In this document: positions 43,571 through 56,785 of the stretch, one piece after another | Numbering within the stretch: the first letter of the stretch is position 1 | How the letters are laid out: the number at the start of each line of letters is the position of its first letter | Source of the DNA: the human T2T-CHM13v2.0 reference genome, Homo sapiens | Assembly: GCF_009914755.1 (NCBI RefSeq) | Contig: NC_060926.1 | Direction: 5' to 3' (one strand) | DNA: 64,000 nucleotides | Position numbers and translations under genes: made by a program | The notes under the pieces: generated by a model | Told to the model about the DNA's origin: nothing | Databases searched by the model: none | What the model saw: the letters and a program-made list of their open reading frames with translations, nothing else

Positions 43571-45816
43571 CCCCATGCTTAAATAACTGGCATTAAGGAA
43601 AAACAATTATACTATCATAACCTATTCTAGTGTTGTCCAATCAATCCTGACCTGATTGATTCAAAGGTACAAAATTGTTAAGTGTAGCTTTACATTGTTA
43701 AAGCTACAGTTTAATAATTATTGCTCCACAGTTTGAATTTTGGAGCTATAGCTTTCTTTCTTCAAAGAACAACTTCACTTGGAAAGACATATGGTTAAAA
43801 GAAGAGTTAGATGACAGACCTTTCAGAAGGACAATTTATAAGTAAACTACAAGTTTACACTCGGCGAACTTAGTTCATATTGTTTCAAATTATATATTTT
43901 GAAGGGTAAGCTGATTTGCTACTAAGGAGGATATTCTTTGGCAATTTATCAATATTAGAATGTCTTACCTGAGAATTTATGCCTCATTACTTTCATTCAT
44001 TTACGTCTTGTATACAATTTTTCAATATGTCATTAGTAACAGAATTCACAGGAAAAACATCTTATAAATGCCAATGAATTTATTATCAGTACACATGCCA
44101 ATCTCCAAAAAAAGCCAGTGTTTGGGATTTTAAAATACATTATTTTCAACCAAAACATTCCCTCAAGAAGAAGCAACTGGTCAATTATTCTTTACTAATA
44201 TTATTCTATTTAAATGTTATCCTAACATTATTTTCTGTACTTAACCAGGGATGTTTAACAATATTTTATTTAAATAATTCTTGTATAACATATTCTTAAT
44301 AATGCAAACCATTATAGTTCATTTCATTCTTACTATGTTGCACTAATCTGTGGAAATGGGCAGAGAAGTTTTATTTTCTTCTATTGTTGAAATTAAAGTT
44401 AACTCATGGGAGGTTTACACATTTACATAATATGTTCTTTGCATCAGTTATTCCACTGGAATTTTATATCCAAGCTGAATCAATTATAATAGATAAATCT
44501 GTAATAAAGTATAACTCTAAACCAGAATTTCATCACCCATTCTCTGGGGAATGAGGAAAGATACCTGAGGCCAAATTTACTTAATTGTTCAGTGATAAAG
44601 CCTGTGTTTAATCACAGACTGCTTCAAATGAATTCCCGATAGTTTTAATTAATTAGCTTCATTTCTTGTTCATTCACAGAATTGAAAATATTTTACATTA
44701 TCTTATCTTAGCTTAAAAGTCACCACTTATTTTATTGTGTTTTTTTCTTAAGTTGCATGATATCATAGAGTTCCTACAACTGGGAATGGAAGGTGAATCA
44801 AGATCTATAGAGGTTACTCAGAAATGAGTGAGCCATTCACAGCTTCACTGCTATGAAATTTAATCAAAATCAAATTAAAACAATTAAATCTGCTTCAATG
44901 ATATATATGATTCATGCCCTGCTATTTGCTCTTTTCTATAACTATAAAATATATATATTTATTTTTCGTCTTGTCAATGATATCAAATATCATTTACATT
45001 ATAAAAATCAGTTGTACAAAAAATCATATCCAAAATAAAACCAGTTTTAGCCAACAAGTCCGAGGCAACATCTACAATGGCTAAGCTAAAAAGAATTTAA
45101 ACTCAGGGCAAGCATCTAAAAATAAATTATGTATATATGACTTACACGTTGCAAGAAAAGAGAATAAACAGACTGAAGGAGTAAGAAAATATCAGTTTCT
45201 ATCTGTGTGATCTTAGAAAGTTGCTTAATTCCACTGTAAAATAAAGATGTTAAATAGTGCCTATACATATAAAAATGTTAATGACATCTTTATGTAAATA
45301 TGATTTAAGATGGTATGATTGTCAATACAATCAAGAAGAAAGGGAAGAAGATGCAGGAAGAGGTATATTCCTTACAAAACCCAGCTGAGATAGAAATGAC
45401 ATCCTATGTCTCTTCCCCTATGGTTAATAAACTGATAAGTGCCAGTGGGCATACTGCCTGACACAGGAGGCAACTTTTCTGAGGTGGATAGAGAAATTGA
45501 GCCTTCATAACATGATTTGCACCCTCAACACAGAGTTAAGTTGGAAGTCTTTCCCTTAAACTTCCAGCTATAAGAATATGTCCCTTTTTGGCTTGAAAAA
45601 GAACATGAGACTGTCAGAAAGAAAGATGATGAAGTAGTCTTGTGTATTACATATATTAGGTTTGTAACTTTTAGCCAAGTCCTTTGCTAAAACAAATCTA
45701 TTATTTTTTGTTTGTTTGTTTTGACAACTTTCCCAATTCTTTGCCGTAACTTCTCAGAGTGCCTTTTTTCCCTCTTGGCACTTTCTCTTTTAGGCCTTAC
45801 TTTGTTAAGATATTGA

Positions 45817-45820
<4 letters not shown>

Positions 45821-45849
<29 letters not shown>
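45821..45849 (+). repeat. Poly(A)29 tract directly 5' of an Alu
   Basis: Seen directly. Confidence 0.95.
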
Positions 45850-45853
<4 letters not shown>

Positions 45854-45856
45854 CTT

Positions 45857-46175
45857 GGCTGGGTCCGGTGGCTCATACCTGTAATCCTAGCGCTTTGGGA
45901 GCCCAAGGCGGTGAGTCACCTGAGGTCAGTAGCTCGAGACCAGCCTGGCCAAAATGGTGAAACCCCATCTCTACTAAAAATACAAAAAATTAGCTGGGCG
46001 TGGTGGACCAGCTAATTTTTTAAATAGCTGTAATCCCAGCTACCCTGGAGGCTGAGGCAGGAGAATCGCGTGAACCTGGGAGGCGGAGGTTGCACTGAGC
46101 CATTGCAACCAGCCATGCCATTGCACTCCAGCCCGGGCAACAGAGCGAAACTCCGTCTCAAAAAAAAAAAAAAAA
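45857..46175 (+). mobile_element. AluSx-like SINE with internal rearrangements
   Basis: tcacctgaggtcag...ccagcctggcc; TSD aaaaag(t/c)aactt. Confidence 0.93.
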
Positions 46176-46665
46176 GCAACTTGAAAAGAGTACTCAGTTA
46201 GAGGTTATAAGAGCAAAGAAGGAAAATATATTCATATTTAAATTATTTAGGCTATTTCAAACATGCCTATCCATCACACCCACAATGCAAACATTTCTAA
46301 AAACAGTAAATATTCATCTTGCTGCATCCTAGATGTATAATAATTCTCTTCACTTATTTTACTTAATAATTCTAAATTGAGAAGTGTAGTAGGCATTTTG
46401 TACAGTGACATTTAGTCTTTATGGTCCCTGGGCACCAGAATACATAAATTTCCCTCACTATGAAAGAGACTGCAGAATTGCTCCCTGGGCATTTCCTAGC
46501 CTCTCTGGCAGTTGGGTAAGTGCAGGGCAATTGAACATGGGTGAAAGTGACTTGTGTCACTTTTCCTATTTGGGATCCTCTCTATAATTTCCCTAGCAAA
46601 CAGCCAAACACAGACAACTCCAAGGACCTTAGGGAAGGTGGAGCCAGAAAGTGAAAGGAGTCTGA

Positions 46666-46666
<1 letters not shown>

Positions 46667-46742
<76 letters not shown>
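46667..46742. repeat. Compound tetranucleotide STR (TCTG)9(TCTA)10
   Basis: Counted directly. Confidence 0.96.
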
Positions 46743-46895
46743 ATTTAATGAGACAGGGTTTCACTCTTAAGCCCAGGCTAGAGTGCAGAGGCTTGATCAT
46801 CACTCACTGTAGCTTCTAAGCTGAAGGGATCCTCCCAACCTTAGTCTCCCAAGTAGCTAGGACTACAGGCATGTGCCACTATACCCAGCTAAATT
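46743..46895 (-). mobile_element. 5'-truncated AluJ (right arm)
   Basis: gagacagggtttcactc...gtagctaggactacaggcatgtgccac...cccagctaa; TSD gtctgagtct (46660-46669 / 46896-46905). Confidence 0.85.
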
Positions 46896-49699
46896 GTCTG
46901 AGTCTTTAAATGACTATCTTCTGATCAAGAATATCTATTTTAGACTTTATATGGTTAAGAAACACTGTGTAAAGGCATTCAATTTTTAGTGTTGAACTGT
47001 TAAAGCACTTACTGTTGTTTGTCCTAAGTACCATACTCAATTCCTCCTCTGGTGACCTGAGGATATGTCACCATCATAAATTGGTGAACATCAAGGTGTT
47101 CTCTAACTACACCAAAGAGCCATCCATCATCTTGTACCAGCCCAGTCTAAAGTAGTTAAATATTACAACATTTTAGACATCAATCTGATTTTTAAATAGT
47201 GTTTTTTTCCTGTAATTCAACTTCTAGTATCAGAAAATCATCTAATACTTCTCTTGAAAGTCCATAGATATATGGAAAAAGTGAAACAAAACATTAAGAC
47301 AAGAATGGATTTCTAGTTCTTAGAAAAATGAGTGTTTCAGAATTTCAAGGATTTTCATGACAGTAGCAACGTAGATGCTCATATCACCAACTCCCTCTTC
47401 CTTAACACTACCACGGAAACACAATAGACCAAAACAAACAAACAAAAACCATCTCTCCACAGTATATGAATATCGCCTAGGAATAACATGAGTTATGTTT
47501 ATACAAAGGGGAATTTTGGGAATTACTAGTTATACATTCAAGACAGATTTTAGAAAACTGAAGTGGCTATCTAAAATGATTATCTTAAAAAATTGGCAAG
47601 AAATTGTCACATTTGCTCAGGCAAAAATGAGCAAATTGCCTATAGCAATTTGTATATCAAGTTTATGTATTTTCATTTGTTTTTTAACCACATTATCTCT
47701 TGAGGTATAATATAAGGTTAACAGCTTTAGTAACTACTAAAAAGAATGATTCTTCAACTCTCTTTCCTATGCTTGTCTACTCTTTAGTTCTACTTTTGAC
47801 AAAATTATGCTTCTGGTAATCCTTAAACTTAATTTTAAAGAAAAGTATTTATTTTCAATAGGTATTTCTTCTTTTACATTTTTCTTTCTCCTGGGCCACT
47901 TTAATCAGGTGTTGATAGCCAAGAGAGTAGAAGTACAAGTTAGTTGTTTGAAAAGTATTTAGCCTTCCCTGCCATAATACACATTATACTGTTTTATTAG
48001 GTTCAGTGAAATGTTTAATCATTTGTTCACCTTTTAAATTGAAGTTTATCCTTCCATGAACACATGCTCCATAAAAGAAGAGACCTTGTTTATCTGTTTA
48101 CCTCTGATTCTTACTATCTGGATCAATCCCTAACTCAATAATGTTCATTAATTGGAATATTAGATGATTTATACATCTTTGCCCATTATGAACTCACCAC
48201 ATAGTTACTGAACCTCCATTTTCTTTTCAAATTACAGACATCAAATCAATTCTGTTTTGCAATTTTCTTTAATATATGTCTTCAAATATAGAAGAGTTGC
48301 TAACATGCTGAGAGTGAGATTCCTCAACGTGACATTTAATCGCAACCTTATTTTGAAGACACTAAGATATAATGAGGTCATTTTAAAACATAAGTAAATT
48401 TGTATAGACCTATTATTTGGAAAGAGTATTCTGTCTCTTGAATAAAAATAGAATTGAGGCTTAGTTTTGAAAAGAAAAAGACATATGACTAACTTGTATG
48501 CTGATCAATGGAATTAGTACAAAGTGGAGTATTAAGAAATACACTTGTGCAAAAGAAATGTGTCAAACTAAGAATTAACATTCTAGAAAATTGCCAAGAA
48601 CTTTTGAGAGATTCTTGAAAGCCCTGACTTTCAGTGCATCAATATAAGCAGTTGAGTAGACCGAAGAGATGGTAACATAAATGGTTAAAAAATTTTTCAT
48701 GAGATTCATACTCTGAATGAATCTTTTCTTGTCAAACTATGATATTTAATCAACATGATTTGCATTACCTCATGTGTTTACTTTTACAGGCCCCTGGGAG
48801 ATAATTTCTGTTCTAAAGGCTGTTTGTTTGTTTTAAATAATGTAAGTACAGTCATCCCTTAGTATTTAGTGAAAAGATTTTTGAGCATGCCTCCCTGATA
48901 TGTGTACCTGTTGTTATTTGTACATTTTATAGATGCTCTATTTCACCAGATATAGCAAGACACCTCCTTAGATTCAGTATTGTATATCTTAAACATTCCC
49001 AGAAAAAAATACATACATCTTTATTTTATAGATGCTTCGTTTGAAAATGTTATGCAGATTTTGAAGGTCACATGTGATTACTAGCTCATGTCTCAGGACA
49101 CATTGTACAGTTAGGTCAAAGTTCATAATTAAATATAGTATAAGGAAATCCATATTTCATATGGCCTTCTTAATCATTTGAATTTTCGCCCCTTTCTTGT
49201 CAGATTTGAGTAGATCATCACTGCTTTTTAACCTTGGAGTACAGTGAAAGAACAGCAGGGAGCAGCCGTGTCATCTCGATACCGCTCCCCCCAATCTGTA
49301 TTATAATTTCTCTTCAATCCAATGCTTTCTTAAAGAATGTTCTTAAACTTCCTATCTTGTGAATGTTCATTTAGTTAAAATTAACAATATTATCTACAGA
49401 AACCACTTAACCAGGAATGCAACCTGTGATACTCAGCAATATGCTGAAAGCAAACCAATAAGTGAGAGAGGACGCTGTTGCCTATCCTCTGCACAATGGG
49501 GTTCCCACTCTTCCCTAAGAGCACCACGTGCTAGCAGTTTCATCTGGTACACTGGACCTGCGCACAGACTAAATAAGACCATCAATGAGGAAAGCTTACT
49601 TCATTTTCTATTATCTTCGATTAAAAGGTATATACAGAGCAAAATTCTAACCGATGACCTTGTAGTGAAGAGCACTTTGGGAACTGCTGTGTTACATTC

Positions 49700-50200
49700 T
49701 AATAAATTCTAAAAATCCAAACCTACTTAAAACTCTTTAGTGGCTGGTTTTTGCCTGTAGGTTTAGGTGTAAATTCTTTTGTATGGCATTCAAGGCCATT
49801 TGGAATCTGTCTCTGGCCTCTACCTTAAATGTATGCTATGCTGCAATGACACTGAACTTGTTTCATTTTCCTGAAATGCATCATGCCTCTGTGGTTTGTT
49901 CCTGCCCATTCCTCAGTATGAAATGGCCTCCCTTACATCCTGATGTGCTTTTGAAACCCTCACATCACTTCTAGCAATTTTTCCCTGTGGACACTTTTGT
50001 ACATACCAAAGCAGAACTAATCATTTTATCTTTTGCTACCACTGTGGCCGTTTCTGAAGCCTACTACAGAACTCATAAATATTTGCATTTGCCTCTGAAA
50101 TCCACATGAGTATGTGCACATGAGCTCTCTCAGATTTTGATGCCTGAATTTCTACTTTGTAACACAGTAGCTGTTTGATACCTCTCACTGAATGGATAAA
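49700..50200 (+). mobile_element. L2 fragment
   Basis: aaactctttagtggc...atggcattcaaggcc...aacacagtagctgtttgata...ctgaatgga. Confidence 0.55.
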
Positions 50201-50429
50201 AATAGCTCTTTTATCTGCTCAGTGAGAAATGCACCAAATTTCATAAATTCAGCTGGTTAGTAAGTTTTATACCATATTTTGGAATAAATTAGTGTATAAG
50301 ATAAACTTCAATATATGCTTACTATTGATATAATTTTTAAAATACTATTATTTATCATTATTATATTTTAAAATGCAGCAGCAATATTGATAAAAACAAT
50401 AAATAAATATAAACCTTCAAGGAAGATTT

Positions 50430-51710
50430 TAATAAATTTATAAATATATATTGAGCTTCTTCAATATAGCTTTAGAGAGATTCATGAGAAAAGAGACAGT
50501 CCCTGTCCTCCTATAATTTTTCAGACTAAAGGATAGTACAAGCAGTAATCAAGCAATTACAACTTAGTAACAATCAGTGTTACTAAAACGATGTCCTGGA
50601 ATATACCAAAGGAAGTTCTAAGTGAGTCAGTGTTTCCTAGAGGCTGCCTTGAGAAAGTGATCTTTTAAACAGAGACCTGTAGAAAACAAAAAAACAAAAA
50701 GTACAGGAAGAAATGTTCCACAAAAAGGGGATAACAAGTGTTAAAGCTCTGAGAACAAGGAGAGAAAAAAATGTTTGGGAGTCAAATTCCAGAATGGATG
50801 GAGTACAGACAAAGAGGATATTACCAGATGAGGAGGATGGAGAGCTAGAGCAAGACCGCACAGCCTTGCAAGCCACTGTCAGTAAAAATTGTGAAAGACT
50901 TTGGACAAAAGGAATACTGGGAGTCCTTTCAATAGAATGCAGTGTGTCGTTCCTAGAGGAGCCTTCAGGTTATCCGATTCTATAGGGCTCTGACCCTTTA
51001 TCCTTGGCCAGGCTGTTTTGCCACTTCATAGAGGTCCAAGTTAATCCATGGTGAACAAATGGAGGTGCAAATGATTCCTATTTATAAAAATTAAAATGAA
51101 TTTTTTCAGTAATAATATTAGTCATATAAAAAGATGATTATAAATGTTACATTTTTGCTCTTTGCAATACAGTTTTTTATCATTAAAATTTCATTTCAGC
51201 ATTCCTTATTGTCTATGTATGTCTATCCTTTACAATGGTTCAATGGTTGTAGCATCTTACATTACAAAACATTTTTGACTTTTTAAAAGTGTTATATATT
51301 GACGTGAGTCATGACTTTTACCATTTTGCCAATTCTCCTTTATACCATATCATGGAATCTCAATTTTATCTCAGGAGCAAGGGGAAGTAATTGAAGGGTG
51401 TTGAACAAGGAATGAAATGGTTGGTTGTAAAGGTAGAGGATAGTTTGGAAGGTGGAAAGAATTTATGTGAGAAGACAAGTTAGAAAGCTGTATTAGAAAG
51501 CCAAATGAGATGGCAGTGGCATGGATGGAGGCAGAGGCAGTGGGGTTAGAAAGAAATGGAGTGATTTAAGAGATGTTAAAGAAGGAAAGGAAACCCTGGT
51601 ATTGTTGTTAGATAAAGGAGAGGGAAGAATGAAGGCTGGTTGACTCTCACATTTCCAGAATGATAAATTGGGGAGATGGTAGTTCAAATTACTGAAAGGC
51701 AAGCAGATTT
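50430..51710 (-). mobile_element. L2 fragments (about 50430-50878 and 51350-51710)
   Basis: agacagtccctgtcctc; gaaggctggttgactctcacatttc; purine-rich antisense L2 character. Confidence 0.55.
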
Positions 51711-52248
51711 GGTGAGAAGCAAAACTGTATTTTCAATAAGATCATTGTATAGCTATAGAGTTTATTCAATCAGTATCCCAGTGACATTTGTTTAATGCTA
51801 GATCATTTTGTCATGCATTTGTAAAGTACTCCCATGATTTATCCAGCACACACAACTGAGAATAAAAGCATATCCTGAAGATAAATCAAAACAGAATCAT
51901 TTGTACTACCTATCAATCTATAAAGTGACTGATTCCACAGCATGTCATATTTAGAAATAAAAGAAAACACTGACATTTGGTTTAAAGTGTTAGAATTGTA
52001 GTTTAATTAAACTTGTAAACCCAAGCATTTAGAGATGGTAGTCATTTCTAGTCAACTAACAGCTTCATTGACTTTCAAGTATTTGAAAGAATTAAGAATA
52101 GAGATCTGCTACAAAACTGAATATTGTGGAAGTTATCAATAACATTCCTTATATTAATGATAATGTATAAAAATGTCTAAAATCCTATTTCCTATTATGA
52201 CAGAATAATGATCTATTATTGATCTATAATATACATTATTATAGTAAA

Positions 52249-52650
52249 TGTCATGGTTCATTCAGGTTGCTATAACAATTATCTTAGAATGGATAATCTA
52301 TAAACAAGAGAAATGCACTGCTCATAGTTTTGTAGGCTGGAAAATCTAAGATAAAATCCAAGAGTCAAGAAAATCCAAATCCAAGATCAAGGTGCCAGCA
52401 GATTCAGTGGCTGCTTGAGGGCTTGCTTTCTTCATCAAAGATGGTACGGATGGTGCCTTCTTGCCATGTCCTCACATGGTGGAAGGGTAATGAGAGCCCT
52501 TTCATATGTCTTTTATAGGAGCACTTATGCCATTCAAAGAGTAGAGCCCTCATGACTTAATCACTTCCCAAAGGCCCCACTTTTTAATATTATCATACCA
52601 GGAATTAGGTTCTAATGTATGAATCTTCAGGGGACACTCAGACTATAGCA
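52249..52650 (-). mobile_element. MLT1A/MST-like MaLR solo LTR
   Basis: tgtcatggttcattcaggttgctataacaa...tccaagatcaaggtgccagcagattcagtg...cagactatagca; TSD gtaaa/gtgaa. Confidence 0.85.
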
Positions 52651-52839
52651 GTGAAATAATTAAAATAACTAAAAATGAAAAAAGTATCTTTATAATAGCA
52701 TATTATGCTCTGAAAATTGCATAATTTACAGTATTATAATAAGCCATTTTCAAAGGTACAGCAAAAGTTTGGAAATTCCTTCAAAGTAACACTAATCTAA
52801 ACCCTGTACCTTAGGCTGTCATGTGTACATGTGCCCGTG

Positions 52840-53310
<471 letters not shown>

Positions 53311-54191
53311 TAACACTTAGAGTGTTATTGTTTTCATGGTAAATGTAACATAATTATATTTTGAAAAGCTAAGAAAAATTGTATGCATAATCCAAGCATG
53401 CTAACATACTCACTGACAAACATTTCGGTTTTGGCAACAAGACTCTTACCACTGTCGGAAACCTATTTAAGATGTTAATCCAGAATATTTAATTGTAAAA
53501 AGTACCCAGATTTGCACACTGGCAATGATATTGATAGTTTTCTGAATGTGATAGACTGAAGAGGGAAGTAAAGAAAGAAGGAAGGGAGTAAGAGAGGAAG
53601 GGAAGGAATGAAAAAATAATCTATTGGAAAAAAAGTCTTTTTCTTTACTCTTAATTTACTATCGAATCATTAGATTTTTCGGTATTTGTAATACTTCTGT
53701 TAAGTACAGTAAATTCAAGCATAAACATGGGAATATGCCTAAGATTGCTTTCTAGAACAACTCCAGCAGAACAGCTTCAAAGCCTCATTGACCAAATTGA
53801 CCATCAGTAAAAGGGTTCATAAGTGGCAAATACAGAACTCATTACAGATGTGAGTAGAAGAAATTATTAAGTACTAAAAACATCTAAATGCCAAGTCAGC
53901 GAAGTCACTGCACCAGTTCCATAAAACTAGTGTCTCTTATGTATTAGAAGGATGAAAGGGGAAAATATAATTTAATTTAAATTATTATAAAATAATTTAT
54001 TATTTTGGATATTTTTCAAAAAATATCCAAATGTAAACAAAAATTTATTTAAAAATACTCAAATAATTCCAAATCTTATGGGCAGTCATACTAAAAATCT
54101 TGCTTAAGAGAAAATTGAAAATACTACTAAAGCTCTAAAGTCATCACATTTTAAAATGTTGTATCGAAGGGATCTTTGAAATAATCTTGTC

Positions 54192-54629
54192 TGTACTGGT
54201 TTGAATACTGTTCCCAAAATTTCATGTCCACCCAGGACCTCAGACTGTGACCTTATTTGGAAATAGCAGATCTAATTTGTTAAGATCAGGTAGTACTGAA
54301 TTAGGGTGGGCCTCCATCCAGTGATTTAGGTTTTCATAAGAAAAGAAAACAGATCTGCAGAGACAAACACATATGGCCATGTGAAGATGGAGGCAGAGGC
54401 TGAGTGGTGGGTCTACAAGTCAAAGAAATCCCAGGACTGCCAGCAATCACAGAAGTCAGGAGAAAGACCTGGAACAGATTCTTTCTCAGAGTATCAACAA
54501 GGAACCAATCCTGCATGACTCCTTGATGTTGGACTTCCAGTCTTCAGAACTGAGAGAAAAGAAATTTCTATGGTTTAAAGCTACTCGATTTGTGGCACTT
54601 TGTGAAGACAGCCCTAGGAAATGAATATA
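54192..54629 (+). mobile_element. MLT1C-like MaLR solo LTR inserted in a MIR
   Basis: tgtactggtttgaat...tgtgaccttatttggaaatag...ggccatgtgaagatggaggcagag...acagccctaggaaa; antisense MIR sequence on both flanks. Confidence 0.85.
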
Positions 54630-54894
54630 CTATCCAATCATTTTTTGTGTGTGTAGAAGAGGAAAATGAGATCTTGAGAGGATAAATGATTTACTCAAGA
54701 TCATAGAGCTAATTATTGCTAGAACTCATATTAGAATCTGTTGTCCATGAGGCAGTTTTTACTAAGTTTATGATTTATTAGACTCATGGCAACTGAGATT
54801 ATATTGAACTAAAAGCACACGTGAGAGGAAGCCTTACATCAAAATTGATTTCCTTTCACATTCAAGTTAAATAATTTTAATTTCACACTTGAGA

Positions 54895-55085
54895 GTTAGC
54901 ATAGCCTATTGGTTCAAGAACCTGGGCTCTAGGGCCAGATTTCCTAGGCTTGGAATTCTTTACTGTAATTTTCTCTGTGGCATAACAGGTACACTCAATG
55001 CATAGATTGTTGTTAGGATTCAATTAGGTAACACTTGCAAGCATCTAGAATAGTGCATGGCATACGGTGAAGGTTATATGATTTG
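54895..55085 (+). mobile_element. MIR
   Basis: gcatagcctattggttcaagaacctgggctctagggccaga...gttgttaggattcaatta. Confidence 0.6.
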
Positions 55086-55341
55086 GGGCTGTTTAATTGC
55101 TGAAAATTTTTACTAATTACATCTAAATATTTAAAATAACTGACTCTGGGTGAAGTAAAGTTTATTTAATATTTACAAAGACTCTGGTGGAATTAAGAAC
55201 AAGTGATACTTCATATTCAAACAGATGTTTTAACAAAGATTCCAAGAATATACTAATAATATATAAAGTATGAAAACACAAAATATAAATATTAATGTAA
55301 GATACTAGTTCCAGTCATAAATGTAAAGAAATCTATCACAC

Positions 55342-55687
<346 letters not shown>

Positions 55688-56539
55688 TTATTTATCAAAA
55701 ATTATGTTGCTAAATGTTTCAGTAAATAAATTGAGGTCTTTTAAAAACAATGGAAATTACAACTGGATTCAGATTAACTCAATGTTCAGGTTAAACGAAT
55801 CTTAAAGAAAAAAAGGAAGGGAACATAGGAGAGAGAAATTTAATGAAGGAAGGGAGGAGGGTGTAAGAAAAGGAAGGAAAGAAGAGGAATCTATTGCAAT
55901 CAAAATCAATTGTGATGAAGGCTGGTTTCCTAATTTTTTACATTTTTCCTACCTAATTTTATTTACACATTTTTATTTTCTAAGGCTAAAGAAAGTGAGA
56001 CTGGAACAGGCAAAAAAAATGCAATTGTTTCTCATTTATTTCCAATACTCACAATGTATAATTACAAAGTATATTGCCAATCACTTAAACATTCTAATGC
56101 CTCAAATAATGTATAAGGTATTCAGCCAAAACTAACCTTTGAAATTAAAGAAAAACATTGTAAGAGGAAGTTTTTAATATCTTGTCCATTTAAAGGAAGT
56201 TTTACTTAAAGTAATTTATACAGTTCAGAACTCGCCACTAAAGTTCAACATTTCCAAGAGCTATACCTTTCTGTGACTTCATTTTTCTCAAGTGACATTA
56301 CAAATTTCTGGTATTTATAACTTTTAAAATGTACTTGTTAGGGAAAATAACAATTAAGTTATTTTTAATGTTCTTTGCAAATTTTAATTAGGACTTTTTT
56401 ATTATCAGGCTTGATTAAGGAAATAATTTATTAGAGCAGAAAAAGGTTTTAGAGAGCAAATGTTTATACTATTAATTAATATCAGTTAGCTATGTGCTTA
56501 CAATAAATTTTTAATTTTCAGACCTATTGTTATTAAAGG

Positions 56540-56785
56540 CACGGTGGTTTAAGAGTGAGTTCCAAATAACAAAGAGTACTTAAGTTCAAGTTCACACCGC
56601 TTACTAGTTTTATAATCTTGGGCAGTTGGATTCTCTCCAAGCCTCATCCCCTTATCCATAAAAGCAGGAATACAAATCCTAGCTACCTCAAAGTGCTGTA
56701 AAGGGTAAAATGATATAAGAAACATTAGCAGCAGTACAGTGTCTGTTATATAGTAAGTGTTTAGTAAAGAATACTTACTGATAAC
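56540..56785 (+). mobile_element. MIR
   Basis: cgcttactagttttataatcttgggcagtt...agcctcatccccttatccataaaa...ctacctca. Confidence 0.65.

Larger units (their letters stand above)
46430..47010 (+). mobile_element. Old MLT1 (H/I/J-like) MaLR LTR interrupted by a truncated Alu
   Basis: catttcctagcctctctggcagttggg...aagtgacttgtgtcactt...ggtggagcca...aaggagtctgagtct. Confidence 0.55.
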
